Shown here: piece by piece, positions 39,582-55,630 of the stretch
Layout: each line of letters begins with the position of its first letter
How positions within the stretch are numbered: position 1 is the stretch's first letter
Source of the DNA: Hyphochytrium catenoides
Taxonomy: Eukaryota > Protista > Hyphochytriomycota
Length of the DNA: 64,000 nucleotides
Assembly (NCBI GenBank): GCA_900088475.1
Contig: FLMG01004215.1
Location: forward strand, 1-64,000
Direction of reading: 5' to 3'
Made by a program: the position numbers and the translations under genes
The notes under the pieces: model-generated
Database searches by the model: none
The model's input: only the letters and a program-made list of their open reading frames with translations
What the model was told of the DNA's origin: nothing

Positions 39582-41412
39582 CTAAGACCTCTCTCCATAC
39601 GTCCACTTGCTATCTCCAGGAATAGAGTCATCTTTTCCCTCAGCTCTCCTCTCCTTGTCCCTGCGCGCAGGTTTCACAGGCCCTCTGTTGCAGAGGGAAG
39701 TATGACATATAACAGTAGCGCCACTTCGAGCAAAAATACGTTGTTGGTGAGGTGGGCCAAGGGGGAGTAGCCATACTGCCAGCTTGATGAAATGCTTTAC
39801 CGCGGTGAGTTAGACCTTGAACGGCTCCTGGAAGAGCTACTTCTACTGCTCGAGGACGATGATGATGAAGAGGAGCGGTCACAACGGGACCTACGAGGTG
39901 CAGATCTGCTACGTGAGGGGCTCCTGCCTCTGCTGGCGGAAGAAGATGACGAGGAAGAACGAGAACTAGCGGATGAAGGTGATCTCGCCCTTCTGTTGCG
40001 ACTGTCACGACTTAATGGTCCTTCTTGTCCTTTCTTGGCCGTTGGCTCCTCTTGACCATCCCTTCTAGCCTCCGACTTCCTTTGCCTTCCGTCCGACCCG
40101 TCCTTTGCACTGGAGCGCCTAGGGGAGATGTTCTTTTCTCGGGATGTGGAGCGGTCGGTGCGAGCTCGTTTCCTTTCAATTGGGCTTCTACTTCTAGGAC
40201 TGCGAGATCGCGGCCCCTTTGAAGTCTCTTGGCGACTTTCTTTCTTTTCCTCGAAAGTGTCTCTTGGCTCAGGTTCCGTCTTCAACTCTTTGTCCTCGGG
40301 CAGAGGTGCTTTCACCTGTTCCTCTGGTTTCCTCTCTTCGAATCGTCGCCTAGATTTGTCTGGTCTCCTATCTCTCTCGACACTACCGCTTGGGGAGCGT
40401 TTCTGTCCTCGTTCTCTGCTTCTATCTCGCAGTCGGTTTTCCCGACTAGCGTTGCGGTCAAAACTTCTATCTCGCCGGGTGCTGCTCTCTCTGATTTTGT
40501 CTCTGCGGTCGCCGTACCTTGGAGATCTATTGCCTCTTTGCCTAGAGCGGCTTCTACGGGTTTCTCTAGGTCTTCTGTCACTGTATCTAGGCGCTCCTCT
40601 CGCTGGGCTCTTGCTTCGATCTCTGTGATACGGTCTCCTGTCGCTCCTGTTGCCATTTCTGTTTGGACTTCTGCTCATGCGTCGCCTCTCACGCCCATAG
40701 TCCCGCTCTCCTGAGCGCCCCTGTGTTTTTGACTGTTTTTCTTCATCGCCCTCTCTTCCTCTTTCAGTTTGTTTCGTTCTTCCCTTTCTTTCTCCATCTG
40801 CTCCCGCTTAGCGATGCGTTCTGCTTTCTTCCGCTCCTGAAGCTCTCTGTCAAAAGCTGCACCTATGGACCAAACGCCTTAGAACCGCTTTCGAAGTAAT
40901 TGAGCCTATCAGCCCAAGTCCCATCACCTACCTTCTACAAAGTCATCATCGATCTCAAAAGCTCTTCTGATTTTCTCGTTCTCCTTCTCCTTTACAGCCG
41001 CATTGACGTGACTCTCTAGCTTCCCTGCCTTGAGAAGATCATTTGCCTTTCCCTGAAGCTCAGCCCTAAGCTTCCCCACTCTTTCTTCAATTTCCTTTTC
41101 GGAGTAACCCTTATCTTCCATGGCTACCCGAAGTTCAAAGACTTTCACTTCAATCTGACGCTTCCTTGAGTGCTCGAGGAGCTCAGCATTTCCTTGCTTC
41201 AGCTTAAGAGGATCAATATCGTGCCCTAACTTCCCTGAGTTCAGCTCGACCTGCTTCCTCGCAATTCGCGCAGGGACAAAGCTGTTTGTACATGGTTAGG
41301 AGCGGTATGGCGGTGACCCACTTCCTTTGAAGCATTCTCACCTTAGATTCCTTGCAACGTATCCATTAGTCCCTGATCCCCTCGCTGTTTGAAGTCCAAT
41401 GCCATTATACAT
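39582..41412 (-). CDS. CWC21: Pre-mRNA splicing factor Cwc21/SRRM2-like with RS-rich C-terminus
   Basis: [23 protein letters not shown]|SFV and the cwf21 domain [31 protein letters not shown], followed by a long RS region. The gene ends at 39797 (CGG TAA) if unspliced, or at 39582 if the gtaaag donor adds a last exon. Confidence 0.92.
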
Positions 41413-42612
41413 GGTTGTATGCCGATATTTCAGAGCGATTTAGCGGCACAGAGTTTATCTCCTGCCAATGCGGCTTTTGGTCCCTGTAGGACCGGACGTC
41501 CTGCAGCAGTGCGGAGATATCACTTTGACAATGACTCCAGTGCGTGATGAGAGAGTTTCTCAGAAGCTTTTTGCCTTCAATTAGTAGCGCCTCTCAATCT
41601 TCATAATAACGGCGCAGACATCGACAGACAGAGATCTTCGTGGAGCCGCAATGGCTGTGAAGCTCAGAGGTTGGAAGGGCCTGCTTCGAAACGTAATATT
41701 ACAGCCTCAAATAGCTGTTTGTCTTCCTTGAGTCTAGAGCCACTACTTCAAGGGCTAGACCATACGTTCCAAAAGCGTTAATTTTTAATTTCAGGCTTTT
41801 GAGAGAGCACTTTTCTCTTTCCACATCGTCCATTCGTCTTCGACCGTAAAAGATTCTGGTCAGATATTCTTCAATTTCCACTGTAGTTCGTGCTTCGTGT
41901 ACATACCAACTCGAAATTTGCCCCCAATTGGACAGTCTCAGGACTTGCCTTTACTGATTTATTAACTTCGTACAAGTGAAAGGGAGACATTTCGTAAACA
42001 AAGCGGGAGGCGGGGGGGGGGTGTTGTCCGCTGCATTCTGAGTGTGAACGTTCTGGCTCCTATTCAGAATCCTACGGCTCTGATATGCCATTTATCCCGT
42101 AATCAGATTGCGTTGATTCTGGTATAATAGCACATGATGATGGTTCTTGTGGTGCGCTTGATGCCAGCGTCGCCAAGATGTTGATCGCCGCTGCGCTACC
42201 CTGTCTTCTTTCTCTATAATAAAGGCGGTTGATGTACGGCACTTCTACTAGCGATCCGCAGCTCGATGACACCGCCAGCAGCGTTGTCTGGGCATTCGTG
42301 AGGCTGAGATGCAGGGGCTGCATGAGGAATAGCCAGATTGATTGTCGGAACCCTGTACCGACTCTTAGAGACGCACTCTTGAAGCACGTCGCCATCGCTC
42401 TTCAGGTGGCAGGCTATCCTGGCGGTCTGATACTGAACTCACAGACCGTTACTAGGAATAACATCCAAATAAGCGAAGTAAGCTTGGGCTCAGAGACTTT
42501 TTCAACCTCACATGGGGAGGCCAGATCACTCGATTGACCCCGTGGCTGATATCATATGAAGATATTCTGGGCTTGATTGGCTGCTATTTTGGCATCGAAG
42601 TGTTCCTCTCCA

Positions 42613-46057
<3,445 letters not shown>

Positions 46058-46476
46058 GAAGTCAATTCAAGCCAAAGGATGACAAGATCTTACGGGAGTA
46101 CTATTTATGAAGCTTATCTCCATAGGCCAATCTTAGATTTATAAGGGAAGAGTTTACAAAAGGCTAGAGACTTGTAAGTGAGAGCTGTTGGAGGCTACAG
46201 TCATCAGCTCCGCTTAGCGACGATAGGTGTCTTCTTTGTGGATGGTGCTAAGAGATAATAAGAGGTATCGTTAGCAGCGTTCACCTAAATCGTGCACTCT
46301 CCGAGTGGGACATAGTCTATTCCACCGCGGAACCACCTTCCTGTCCACCTGGCTAGTGGCACAACTACGCTGTCATGACTGATGAGAAGAGCGAATGCAT
46401 CTCAAGGAACTGAGGATATCATCAATCAATTATATCACATAAAATTGCTCTGAAGTAGAGCCCGCGGTCTGACGTC

Positions 46477-49400
46477 TTAGAAATATCCCGAAAGATCTGC
46501 GTTCTGCTTGGCCAGCTCTACCAGCATGGGATCATCAAAGAATTTGCTGATGCTAACATCTTCACTAAGCCCCTTGCGACGTCTGGTCTTCACCATAAAC
46601 TCGCGGGCGAGATGCGGAGGTGGTGAGGGCTCTAGAGGGTGGAGAACGATGCTCCGATCCAGAGGGTCTCCTGGAACCACGGCCCAATGATCGAAGACTT
46701 GCTGGCAGAAACTTGAGCCCTGGGTGAAGCAGCGAAGGTCTGTCTCAAAGCCGAAGGACTCAATGACTGGAAGGTAACCGTTGACAGTGTAGAACGGTGA
46801 CCCTGGCTTTGGCGCATCCTACAATGCCAGTGAAAGAGAGAAGGTCAGCACAAACGACTACGTCATCCTCTGAGAACACCAGGGACCGTGAAGAGTCAGA
46901 TGATCAAGGTTCTTGGCGCTGTTACTACCAAAGCACAGTAGTAATACTGTAGCAGTACAGATCCCCAACCACCACGGTTAGGGAGATGTAGAAGTAGCTA
47001 GAGAGCAGATTTCATTAGCTGTACCTGCGTAATATGTCCTCTTCTCCTTGCAAGGACATTGAACAGTGACGACACGGTATCAGCCGGTGTCTGAATTTCA
47101 ACAAAGTAGACTGGCTCCATAATGCGGGGAGTGGCAGTCAAAAAGGCGGAATATGCGACCCTTCTGGCGGTAGGGATGATCTGGCCCCCACCTCTGTGAA
47201 TTGGCTCACCGGCAATGGCTACGTGATAAAAGAGCAAGAAGGACGAGGAAGAGCCCTTAGATAGAAGACAGATAATAAGCCATCCAACCCGAGAAAAGGG
47301 AATAGGATGATACAATTCGAGATTTTCTTCAGGTGGACTAGCAGGCAGGAGAGGGCAAGAGGTCATAATAATGGAACAGCACGAAAGATCTCTGTAAGAC
47401 AGAAACCAAAGGCAGGCCCGCAAGGTACTCCCGATAGACAGTGACACTTCGACGGCCCTCTTCCTACCTGCATCAAGGATCTTAAACTTAGCGTTCCTGA
47501 TCGGCTCATCGCAGAGAGGACCTTCTCTGCATCCCCATTGGAAACCTTGTACGATGCTGTCCTTCACTGCACCGAGTAGACCCTTATCCACCTCGGACGG
47601 TAAGGTGTCATCCAACAAAACGTTGGGGCCCTGCTTATCAGGTCCGAAGGCCCAAATAGACCGAGCCGCCAGTAGGTCCCAATCATACTTCGATTGAAAG
47701 AATTCTCCAACGGCTTTCCTCCCAGCTTCAATATGAACCTCCCCTTTCTCTATATCTTCAGCAATCCCCGGTTCCAAAGGCTCAGCGATCATTGTGAGCT
47801 TATTCCGTTTGTTCGGAGTCTCGGACACGCATCTACACGGAGTGACAGCAAAATGTGCGTGACGGTGGGTGAGATAGAGAATCTAAGATGTAATTCGATA
47901 TGCCCCCCGCTAAAAAGTAGACCAAGGTAAACGAAAGACTATTTCTTAGCGATGATGCAGGCAAGAAGACAATCCGTGCGCCGTCGTCCAAATCCATCCA
48001 CTTACTTGAGGGAGCTTGTCTCTACTACGGTCTCGCAGAAAGCCACAACAGGATCGGCAACCTTGATTTCGATGCCACTGAACATCACTCTGAGATCATG
48101 CATGATGCAGTCCATGTAGAGTTCTCCTGTGCCTAGTATGACATGCTCCCCACTCTCTTCTACCTTAGTTGTTACCAAAGGATAGGTCTTGTTGATTTTG
48201 CGAAGCCCTAGGGAGCGCAACAAGGCACGCGTTAAGGTGAGTCCTACCAGATGGCAACTGAGGCACGAGATATGCACGTCAATGCTCCCGCATTAACCAA
48301 AGGACTTACCTTCAAGCATTTTGGGGAGCTCAGAGGGATTGAGAGGCTCTACCGCTAACTTAACCGTGGAGATGGTGTTGAACCTTAAGGGCTTGAATAT
48401 CGCTACGTCTTCGGTTCCCCTAACGTTGGTGACGGTAGCCGTTTTGTTGATGGAAGCATCTATGCCGTCTATAAGCACCCAGTTTCCTGCAGGCACTCTG
48501 TTGACGTCAACGCGATACCGGCCTTGAGGAATAGAGACTGCAGTAACTGCTCTAACGCTCATATCTTCATCGTCGTCGATAGAGTATGACTCTCCCAGAA
48601 CTTTCACCTCCTAGAAAAGAGAATGGTCATGGTTACGTCTAATTAGTTGACAGGCAACCGGTAATCGGTGAGAGCGGCGTCCTTTACCTGTCCAACAGCT
48701 ATTGATCCACTATAAATGCGTCCAAACGCCGAAAACGTCTGGGCGTCGACTGACGAGTACAACTTTACAATATGGATCATTAGAGGGCCATCAGGGGAGC
48801 AGCTTCGCATCTCCTCGAAGATCTCTGTATCTCTGTCTCCAGAGTAGATGTTGTCCACCTTACGCACGGCGTTCGACGGGGGACTGGGCACATGTTTGAT
48901 AACCATGTCCACAAAACCCGTAGCTTGGCCAAAGAACTGTCGGGCAACAAACCAACGTCAGGATATTGGACTATGGGCGTAGCTTTAAAAATGTAAGGAA
49001 AGGGTACGAAAGGTTCTATGGGGGAAAAAACGAAGCACCCCGGATGGAACGATAGGAGGAGCAAAGGTGACTGTAGCTTCAATAAGCCCAACGCTTACCT
49101 GCTCCAAAACGAGCTTTAAAAGTGGCTTTGGGTTTAGATGAAGCTGTTCTCGCCTTAGTTTGATTCCTAACTCCCTCAAAGTCCTTTGGAGGGACTCTGA
49201 CTCCTCACCTAACACCTGAAATGATGCCCCAATACTCCTGTGAGCTTCGCCTAGCTCATCTGACCCACAAAATGGGGTCCATATGAATGCTGACCTGCGC
49301 GTACAGCTTGTACAGCGGCTCCAGGATGAACTGGACAAAACTTCTCTGGCCTCCGGGGGGCTACGGATGCAGATGGAGTCAAACCTGGGACTGTCGGATC

Positions 49401-51253
49401 CACTAGGTCTTTCTATGGCCAGTCCTGCCTTACCGCCTGCTTTCTGAATGTCCTGCTGTCTGGGTGGTAATAGTAGTCACCCCATAACCGCTTTGAAAAT
49501 GATTCAGCGTTAATGTTACCATAGTAATCTGCATAAACCTGCACACGATATGTAAGCTTCGTGAAGTGAAGAACCAACCTTTGGCTGTTGTTTTGGCCGA
49601 CCAACCTTGGCAAATGATCCTAGAGAAAAGCACCAACCGTGCTGGCCTGATGCGAAGCAGACATTGCCCAGCTCGGGGCTAACTCTTTGTCGAGGTCCGC
49701 TGTGACCAATTGCGGACGCCAAAAGGCCATTTACCTCCTCAATCGTGTGCATCAACTTGTGATAAGCGTCCGCGGGAGGTAGTTTAAGCTCGAGTATAAG
49801 CCTGTCCACCTAGTCAACCACGACTTTAGCAACTTGCTAGAGCTTTTTATCTTTATGGCTGTTAGCACACAAGCGAGCGCTTGCAAATTACCTTGTTGAT
49901 GACTAGGACTACTGGCACAGGCTCTTGAACGGCATGCCGGATGAGGCGCTCGGTCTACAAATATTGGGATGCGAGGTAACGGAATGGAAAAGAATGAGGC
50001 GAAGACCAATAAGGCCCCGTTAAAGAGTTATGATAAGGGCCAGCTTTTTTGAATAGAAGAGTCATCAAGAGCTTAAAAGTTAATTGTACGTACGTTGAGC
50101 ATCACACCCTCAACAGCATCAACAACCAGGACCGCGCCGTCAGCGACTCGAAGTGCGGCTGTGCACTCATCAGAGAAATTCACGTGGCCCGGAGTGTCGA
50201 CAAGGTTGATTAGAAAGGACTTCCCCTTTGAAGACTCTAGTACAAGCGACACAGGTGTGGACTTTATGCTGATCTTTCTCTCCTGCTCGTCGTGACGAGT
50301 GTCTGTGTACCGGATCTGCCGAAATGAAAAGAAAATAGAGGACTTAGATTGTCTGGTCAGGGAGGGCATACTCTATCTTGGCTACCTCTTTGGCTGGATT
50401 CCACTTCTTCTGTTGTGTCTGTTGGATAAGGAGGTCCATGAATAAAGTTTTACCTACGGAGGCGCTAGGTTATATACAGCCATTTTAGGGTCCTAGAGCT
50501 CAGGGTAAGGAACAACCTACCATGATGCAGATGGCCAAGAATGGCTACGTTTCGTATAAGATGAGGGTTGCCCATGAGCGACGTCATAAACTCCGTCGAG
50601 TACTGTGTGAAGGCAAGGAGATATAAGGTGTGCGCAAATAGCCGGAAGGCAGGCGTCGAGGGTGGTTAAAAAAGGCGTCAACGTCTTAAGGGGGCAACTT
50701 TTAAAAGGGTTGACTGAGGATGGAGTCTATACTGCTACTTACTGTTGTCGTGGGTGTTTCCTTTTCTAGAACGCTGAAGGCAACTGACTTCACGGGCTCA
50801 ATGATGGGCTTCTCAATAGGCTGCGCATCCTCATCCATAACCAATGTCTCCACTTCTGGACCGTAAACCTCTTCTGCATCTGGGTAGTACTTCTTATCCT
50901 CGTGCAACACGATAGCGGATTCTTCCGCACCCTCTCGGTCATCTGAACAGGAATCACTTACTATGCGACCATTGATTTGCTGATAGAGAAATCCGTCACC
51001 TACCTCCGTGAACTATCAGTCTTTGATCGCTCGCACTGTCTTCCATATCCATCCGATCGAAATCCTAGTTCGAAAAGGTCCACTCTTACAGGCCCATTCT
51101 TGTAAGAACACAGCCTTTCTTTCTCACCTGTTCTCTCCTGTCGCCCTCCTCGCTCATCTCTTCCTCCTCACTCTGGTCCTCATCTTCCTCCTCGCTGCTC
51201 GCCAGCTCCGGCCCAATGTAATTCCCAAACTCGTCATAAAGTGAATCATCCAT
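46477..51253 (-). CDS. EFTUD2: U5 snRNP 116 kDa GTPase Snu114/EFTUD2, multi-exon
   Basis: [87 protein letters not shown] and [20 protein letters not shown]. Confidence 0.97.
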
Positions 51254-52216
51254 GATTGCTAAATGAGATTAGCAGAGGCGATAGGCACTGTGTCAAATGA
51301 GCTTTGGCACACTGGCACGAGCACCAAGCAGGTCTCGCACTACCAATCTGGATATGGAGATTCAGACAGAGAAATCTGGATTCTCGCCTTTCTTCCTTGA
51401 GACTTCCTCTGCTGCTGCTGCTCTTGTGAACCTTGCGCTCTCCCCCACAAATCCAGTCCCACTGCACACCTACCCCAGGAGATAAAGGTCGCAAGTCGCA
51501 AGTTCCAAGTTTCAGGTTGAGATACTTGCGCTAACTATACTTATACTTGACCCATCCAAGATTTCCAAGGTTGGTATGTCGCTGAATCTCTATTTGAAAA
51601 GCTGTAGAAAGTCAGAAACAAGTTACAATCTCTGAAAGGCCTTCATCCTCAAGCATCTGCATGAGTCGCCTTCTTCAATAATATCACATGCTTTCTAACA
51701 TCACTACTAGTAGTGTCCTCTTGCAATTTGGCGGCATTATTACCTCCCTTTCCTATCCTCTTAGAATCCAAATTATTGGGGTCAATTCTCAGCTAGGCTT
51801 ATCCTCTGAAGCCCTCGTGGGAGCTACCATCCATCCTCCAAAGTACTTTCCTGTCTAAGATTATTATCTTGTGTGTCCCTTGCCGTCCACTAGTGGTAGT
51901 GTTGTCATCAGGTTATGATGAGCCGTCACCCTACTACGAGTAGCTCTTATGGTCTCATGATTGTGTGCAATTCTCTCACTCAGCACAGGTGAATCCTGAA
52001 AGAGTGATCCAGATACAATAGCCTACGACGTGATCAACCAGAATCTACTGGCGTATACTAAGCCTCACAGGATTGATAACAAGGCAGCACTATTGGGTTT
52101 CTCAATATATTATTGGAGAAAGACATATACATCCCTAAGAGTCGTCACGGCACTACTTAGACATTAATAAGTGGTCTAGCTTTTCGAATACGTTTGAGCC
52201 CTAGATAGATAGGCGC

Positions 52217-53701
52217 TTAGTACTTAGCGGGTGCCTTGTAAGGGTCCTGGTGGTAGTAGTCATCCTCCTCGTACTTGTTGTACTCCTCAGAGTAGAGGTA
52301 GTCATACTTCTCCTTCTTGTAAGGCTTGCCGTAGTATCTAAGTGGAAGAACTGCGGGAGACCAGTTAGGAGTGCAAGCCTTGTCGGCGTATCCCCAGACA
52401 GTACGGTTGCCAACAGGGCGAACAAGTCTGTTGTTGTAAACTTCGTATCTGTGAGGGAACGCATCTGCGTAGGTGGCATCGCTGGAAGGATAGCTGGTGG
52501 AAGCCACAAGAGCATGAACGAACTGCTGGAACTCAGCAACCTTAACGTCAACCTTAAGAGTGTTGCCTGACACGAAAACGTAGGCGGGTCCCCAAGGCTG
52601 GTAGGTCTCAGAGCCAATGTAGCCGTAGTATCCGCTGGAGACATCAAAGAGGCCACGGATGTTAAACTTGAAGTCGATGACAGCGGTCTGTGCGGATGGG
52701 TGAGGGATAGGAGTGTAGGCAGCGTCGTAGCCCTTGCCGGTCTTGGTAACATCGATGAGGTTGGCAGCAACAAAGTTAGCAATTTTGCGGAGGGTGTCAG
52801 ATGCCAAAGCATCCTTGTCAGACTGTAGCATAGTCTTGAAGGTCTCCTCGTACTTGTTGGTATAGTAGTAGTCATCCTCATCACCAGGGTAGTACTCATC
52901 CTCCTCACCATAGTATTCGTCGTATTTGGGGTCATACTTGTCGTCGTACTTATTGTCGTAGACCTCAGCAATGAGAGACTCAAGATAGCCCTTGGCGTTC
53001 TTGCTATACTGAGGCTTCTTGTACTTCTTGGGCTCAGCAGGCTTCACATAACGTACGTTGTACAGCTGATGGAAGACAGCGACGGAGTTGTCAGTACAGG
53101 TGTGCTTGAACTCGATCTCAAGAGGGAAGTTGTTGCCCATATACTGGTGCTCAGAGATAGAGTGGAAAGTGAACTCCTTAAGGGTGCACTTGAGAGTCTC
53201 CTTCTTGGGCTTGTACTGAGGAGGCTTATATCCCTTCTTGGGCTTGTAAGCGGGCTTGTAAGCAGGCTTGGTAGGAGCGTAGTCTTCAGGGAGAGCAACC
53301 ATATCGTCGGATTGCTCGAAAGAGGCATAGTAGCCGTACTCGTTAGGCTCAGGCCTGTAAGAGCTTACGTACTCCTTAGGAGGCTTGACATTGGTAGGCT
53401 TCTCAAAGACCACGGTAGGGGCCTTCCAGTAGTCATTGTCTGCGCCAAGAGTAACCTTGATAGCCTTCTGGTCCAAGATGCTCACGGTGGCGGTTCCCTT
53501 AGGTACCCATTTGGTATGGGTGGTCTTCCAGGAAGCAGGGGTGCCTCCCTCAGGAAGCGGCCACACGATGTTGATAGGAGAGGTACCTGCCCAGGCGCCT
53601 TGAGTTACATAGTTCTCGTTGCTGATATCTTCTGGTACGAGAGCAGCATTGCTGGTAGCAGTGACAGCAGCGATAGCTGCAGCGATTGCGTAGATCTTCA
53701 T
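52217..53701 (-). CDS. Secreted Tyr-rich alpha-carbonic anhydrase-fold protein, probably non-catalytic (CARP-like); intronless CDS
   Basis: Signal peptide MKIYAIAAAIAAVTATSNA. Alpha-CA motifs occur in the correct order: TSPINI (QSPINI), EFTFHSISEH (QFHFH..SEH), FPLEIEFKH (YPLEMHLVH), YYGYIGSETYQP (YYRYxGSLTTPP) and NNRLVRPVGNRTV (NxRPxQPLNGR). Confidence 0.8.
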   Translation of the reverse strand: MKIYAIAAAIAAVTATSNAALVPEDISNENYVTQGAWAGTSPINIVWPLPEGGTPASWKTTHTKWVPKGTATVSILDQKAIKVTLGADNDYWKAPTVVFEKPTNVKPPKEYVSSYRPEPNEYGYYASFEQSDDMVALPEDYAPTKPAYKPAYKPKKGYKPPQYKPKKETLKCTLKEFTFHSISEHQYMGNNFPLEIEFKHTCTDNSVAVFHQLYNVRYVKPAEPKKYKKPQYSKNAKGYLESLIAEVYDNKYDDKYDPKYDEYYGEEDEYYPGDEDDYYYTNKYEETFKTMLQSDKDALASDTLRKIANFVAANLIDVTKTGKGYDAAYTPIPHPSAQTAVIDFKFNIRGLFDVSSGYYGYIGSETYQPWGPAYVFVSGNTLKVDVKVAEFQQFVHALVASTSYPSSDATYADAFPHRYEVYNNRLVRPVGNRTVWGYADKACTPNWSPAVLPLRYYGKPYKKEKYDYLYSEEYNKYEEDDYYHQDPYKAPAKY

Positions 53702-55622
53702 CTTGGTCTAGGCAAGTGAGGCTGTTCTCGGCGGAGGATGCTCACTAGAGGCGGGGAATTTGAGTGTGAGGATCCTGTTGGCAGGAGGCACCAGGGCATC
53801 GACGAAAAGCCACGATCTCGCCACACCATAGTTAGTAGAGAGATCCCATAGCTTTTGTTCTACTTTGCCTCACACACAGGTTGTATCGGCATGCATCGTT
53901 CTCTCTTTGCCTTCCTGTCCCTTGGAGATACAGTGGTCAAGACGTCAGGCTTGTCAAAAGGCAGAAGAGGAATGGGCAGAAAGAGTCAAGAGGGAAGGTT
54001 GTTACACTCTCCCTCCCTTTGATCAGCCAAACAAGGGACCAAAGAAAGAAAAGGATAGAGGCGCAATCATGTGAGAGAGAGAGAGAGAGACAGACGGGAA
54101 GGCAATAGGAGAGGGAAGTCTAGGACGAAGGAGGAAGAGAGAAACACGAAGAGACATCCGTCAACCTTCACACGAAAGCAACTTTCTCGTTCTCACCCTA
54201 AACCACCCCCGGCCCCTCCCCCGACCCTGAACTGCTTAGAAGCGAGCCCTCCCCCTCCTTCGCGTCTAACCGTCATGGGCGACCTTAGGAGCTCTGTTGC
54301 CCCCTCTTGGAGATTGAGCCGCTGGCCTTCTCTCTTCTTATCTACCATGTTGGCACAAAAGCCCACCCATCCCACACTAATATGATATCGAAGGAGGTCC
54401 CACCCAGCGTGCGAAAGGTCAAAAGGTCTGCCCAGTAATACTCTAACACATACAATATCCTCCCACACACTCTTCACTTGGCCCAGCTAACCCTAGCGAC
54501 AAACGCACGCCTCGATCGAAGCATCGTAATGCGGAATAGGCCACTGACTATGTACCAGTCAGGCCGGAAAGATCGCCAAACACAGACCAGAACGCTGAAG
54601 AGCCACTACATGTAAGTTCGCCCTTCGAACTCTTCCTGTGATTGGTGACCCTTGACATCGTATTTATTCAGAATGATAGCCACGTATATTAGTTCTGGAG
54701 TTCAAATAGCCCCAACATATTCAAGATAGTGGTCATCTCCACCCTGCTGATTGCTCGATTTCGATGTGGAAGCAGTTTGTCCTGCTGGTCAAGGGTCCAA
54801 GCACGGCCTGCTGCCATCATCATGGGAACTCAGAGACCTTCTCTCTTGCCCTCTCTTCTCTTCTCTTTCTTCCCAGTCCTCATCTCTCTCTTCCATCCCG
54901 CTGTGCTTCTGCCCTGGTCGCACAGGGTAATTAGCGTGGCAGGCATGGCAGGCATGGCATCCCAATGATTGCACGAGACCTGGTAACGTCAGCAGTCTTA
55001 GGAGGTCCAGCTAGAGAGAGAAAACGTGGGGAAGGCTCTTTGGGTTGTCCCTTATTATCCTCTTTCATTGCCATGCTCACCCTACTCTGCTTGCCAACCG
55101 ACAATTGCATGAAAGAAGAAGGAAGAGAAAGGGTTCGCTCTGACGGTCAGCTGTACCTGAGCGTCATCCTTTCTTTTCTCTGTGGCGTTTGGAAGTAGGG
55201 TTGGATGGGGAGGAACTTTACTGAGAAGAACGGAGGCACAGAAGAAGAGACGGCCGCAAAGGAAACGAAAGAATGGCAAACAGCAAAAACAGAGGTATAG
55301 AGGTGCGGGAAGGAGGGAGAACAAAGAGGGATCGATCGATTGCAATCAAAACCTTTGCCTTTCTCGAGAACCAAGGAGGGGTGGTCCATGGAAACAACGG
55401 TCAGCACCCTGAACACACCGACTGGCAAAAGAATCTTACAGAGAGGAGAGAGGGAAGAGCAATAACACTCCTTCCTCTGACTTGAAAGCTCGGGATTTCT
55501 ACCACGAAGTCCGCGGCTGTTTGTGGCTCCAGCTAACGCGCGGTACTGCTGTGCGTTCTGATCATGGAGAGAAAGCTCTTTCTACGAGTACGTTGTAGGT
55601 ATTATAGATAGGAGGACAGCAC

Positions 55623-55630
55623 CTTTTATA
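55623..55630 (-). promoter_or_regulatory. Candidate TATA box (TATAAAAG) facing the CA-fold gene
   Basis: The plus strand reads cttttata, a consensus TATA box on the minus strand. It is followed by a GT donor-like site near 55502 and minus-strand pyrimidine tracts. Confidence 0.35.

Noticed and set aside
39640-40714. Multiple overlapping ORFs on both strands
   Set aside because: Artefacts of the low-complexity RS domain of CWC21.
42003-42021. G-run between CWC21 and the kinase
   Set aside because: A single homopolymer-dominated tract; too little to claim a functional G-quadruplex.
51915-51999. ATGATGA...CTGA box C/D-like pair
   Set aside because: No convincing terminal stem and no recognisable rRNA or snRNA guide sequence.
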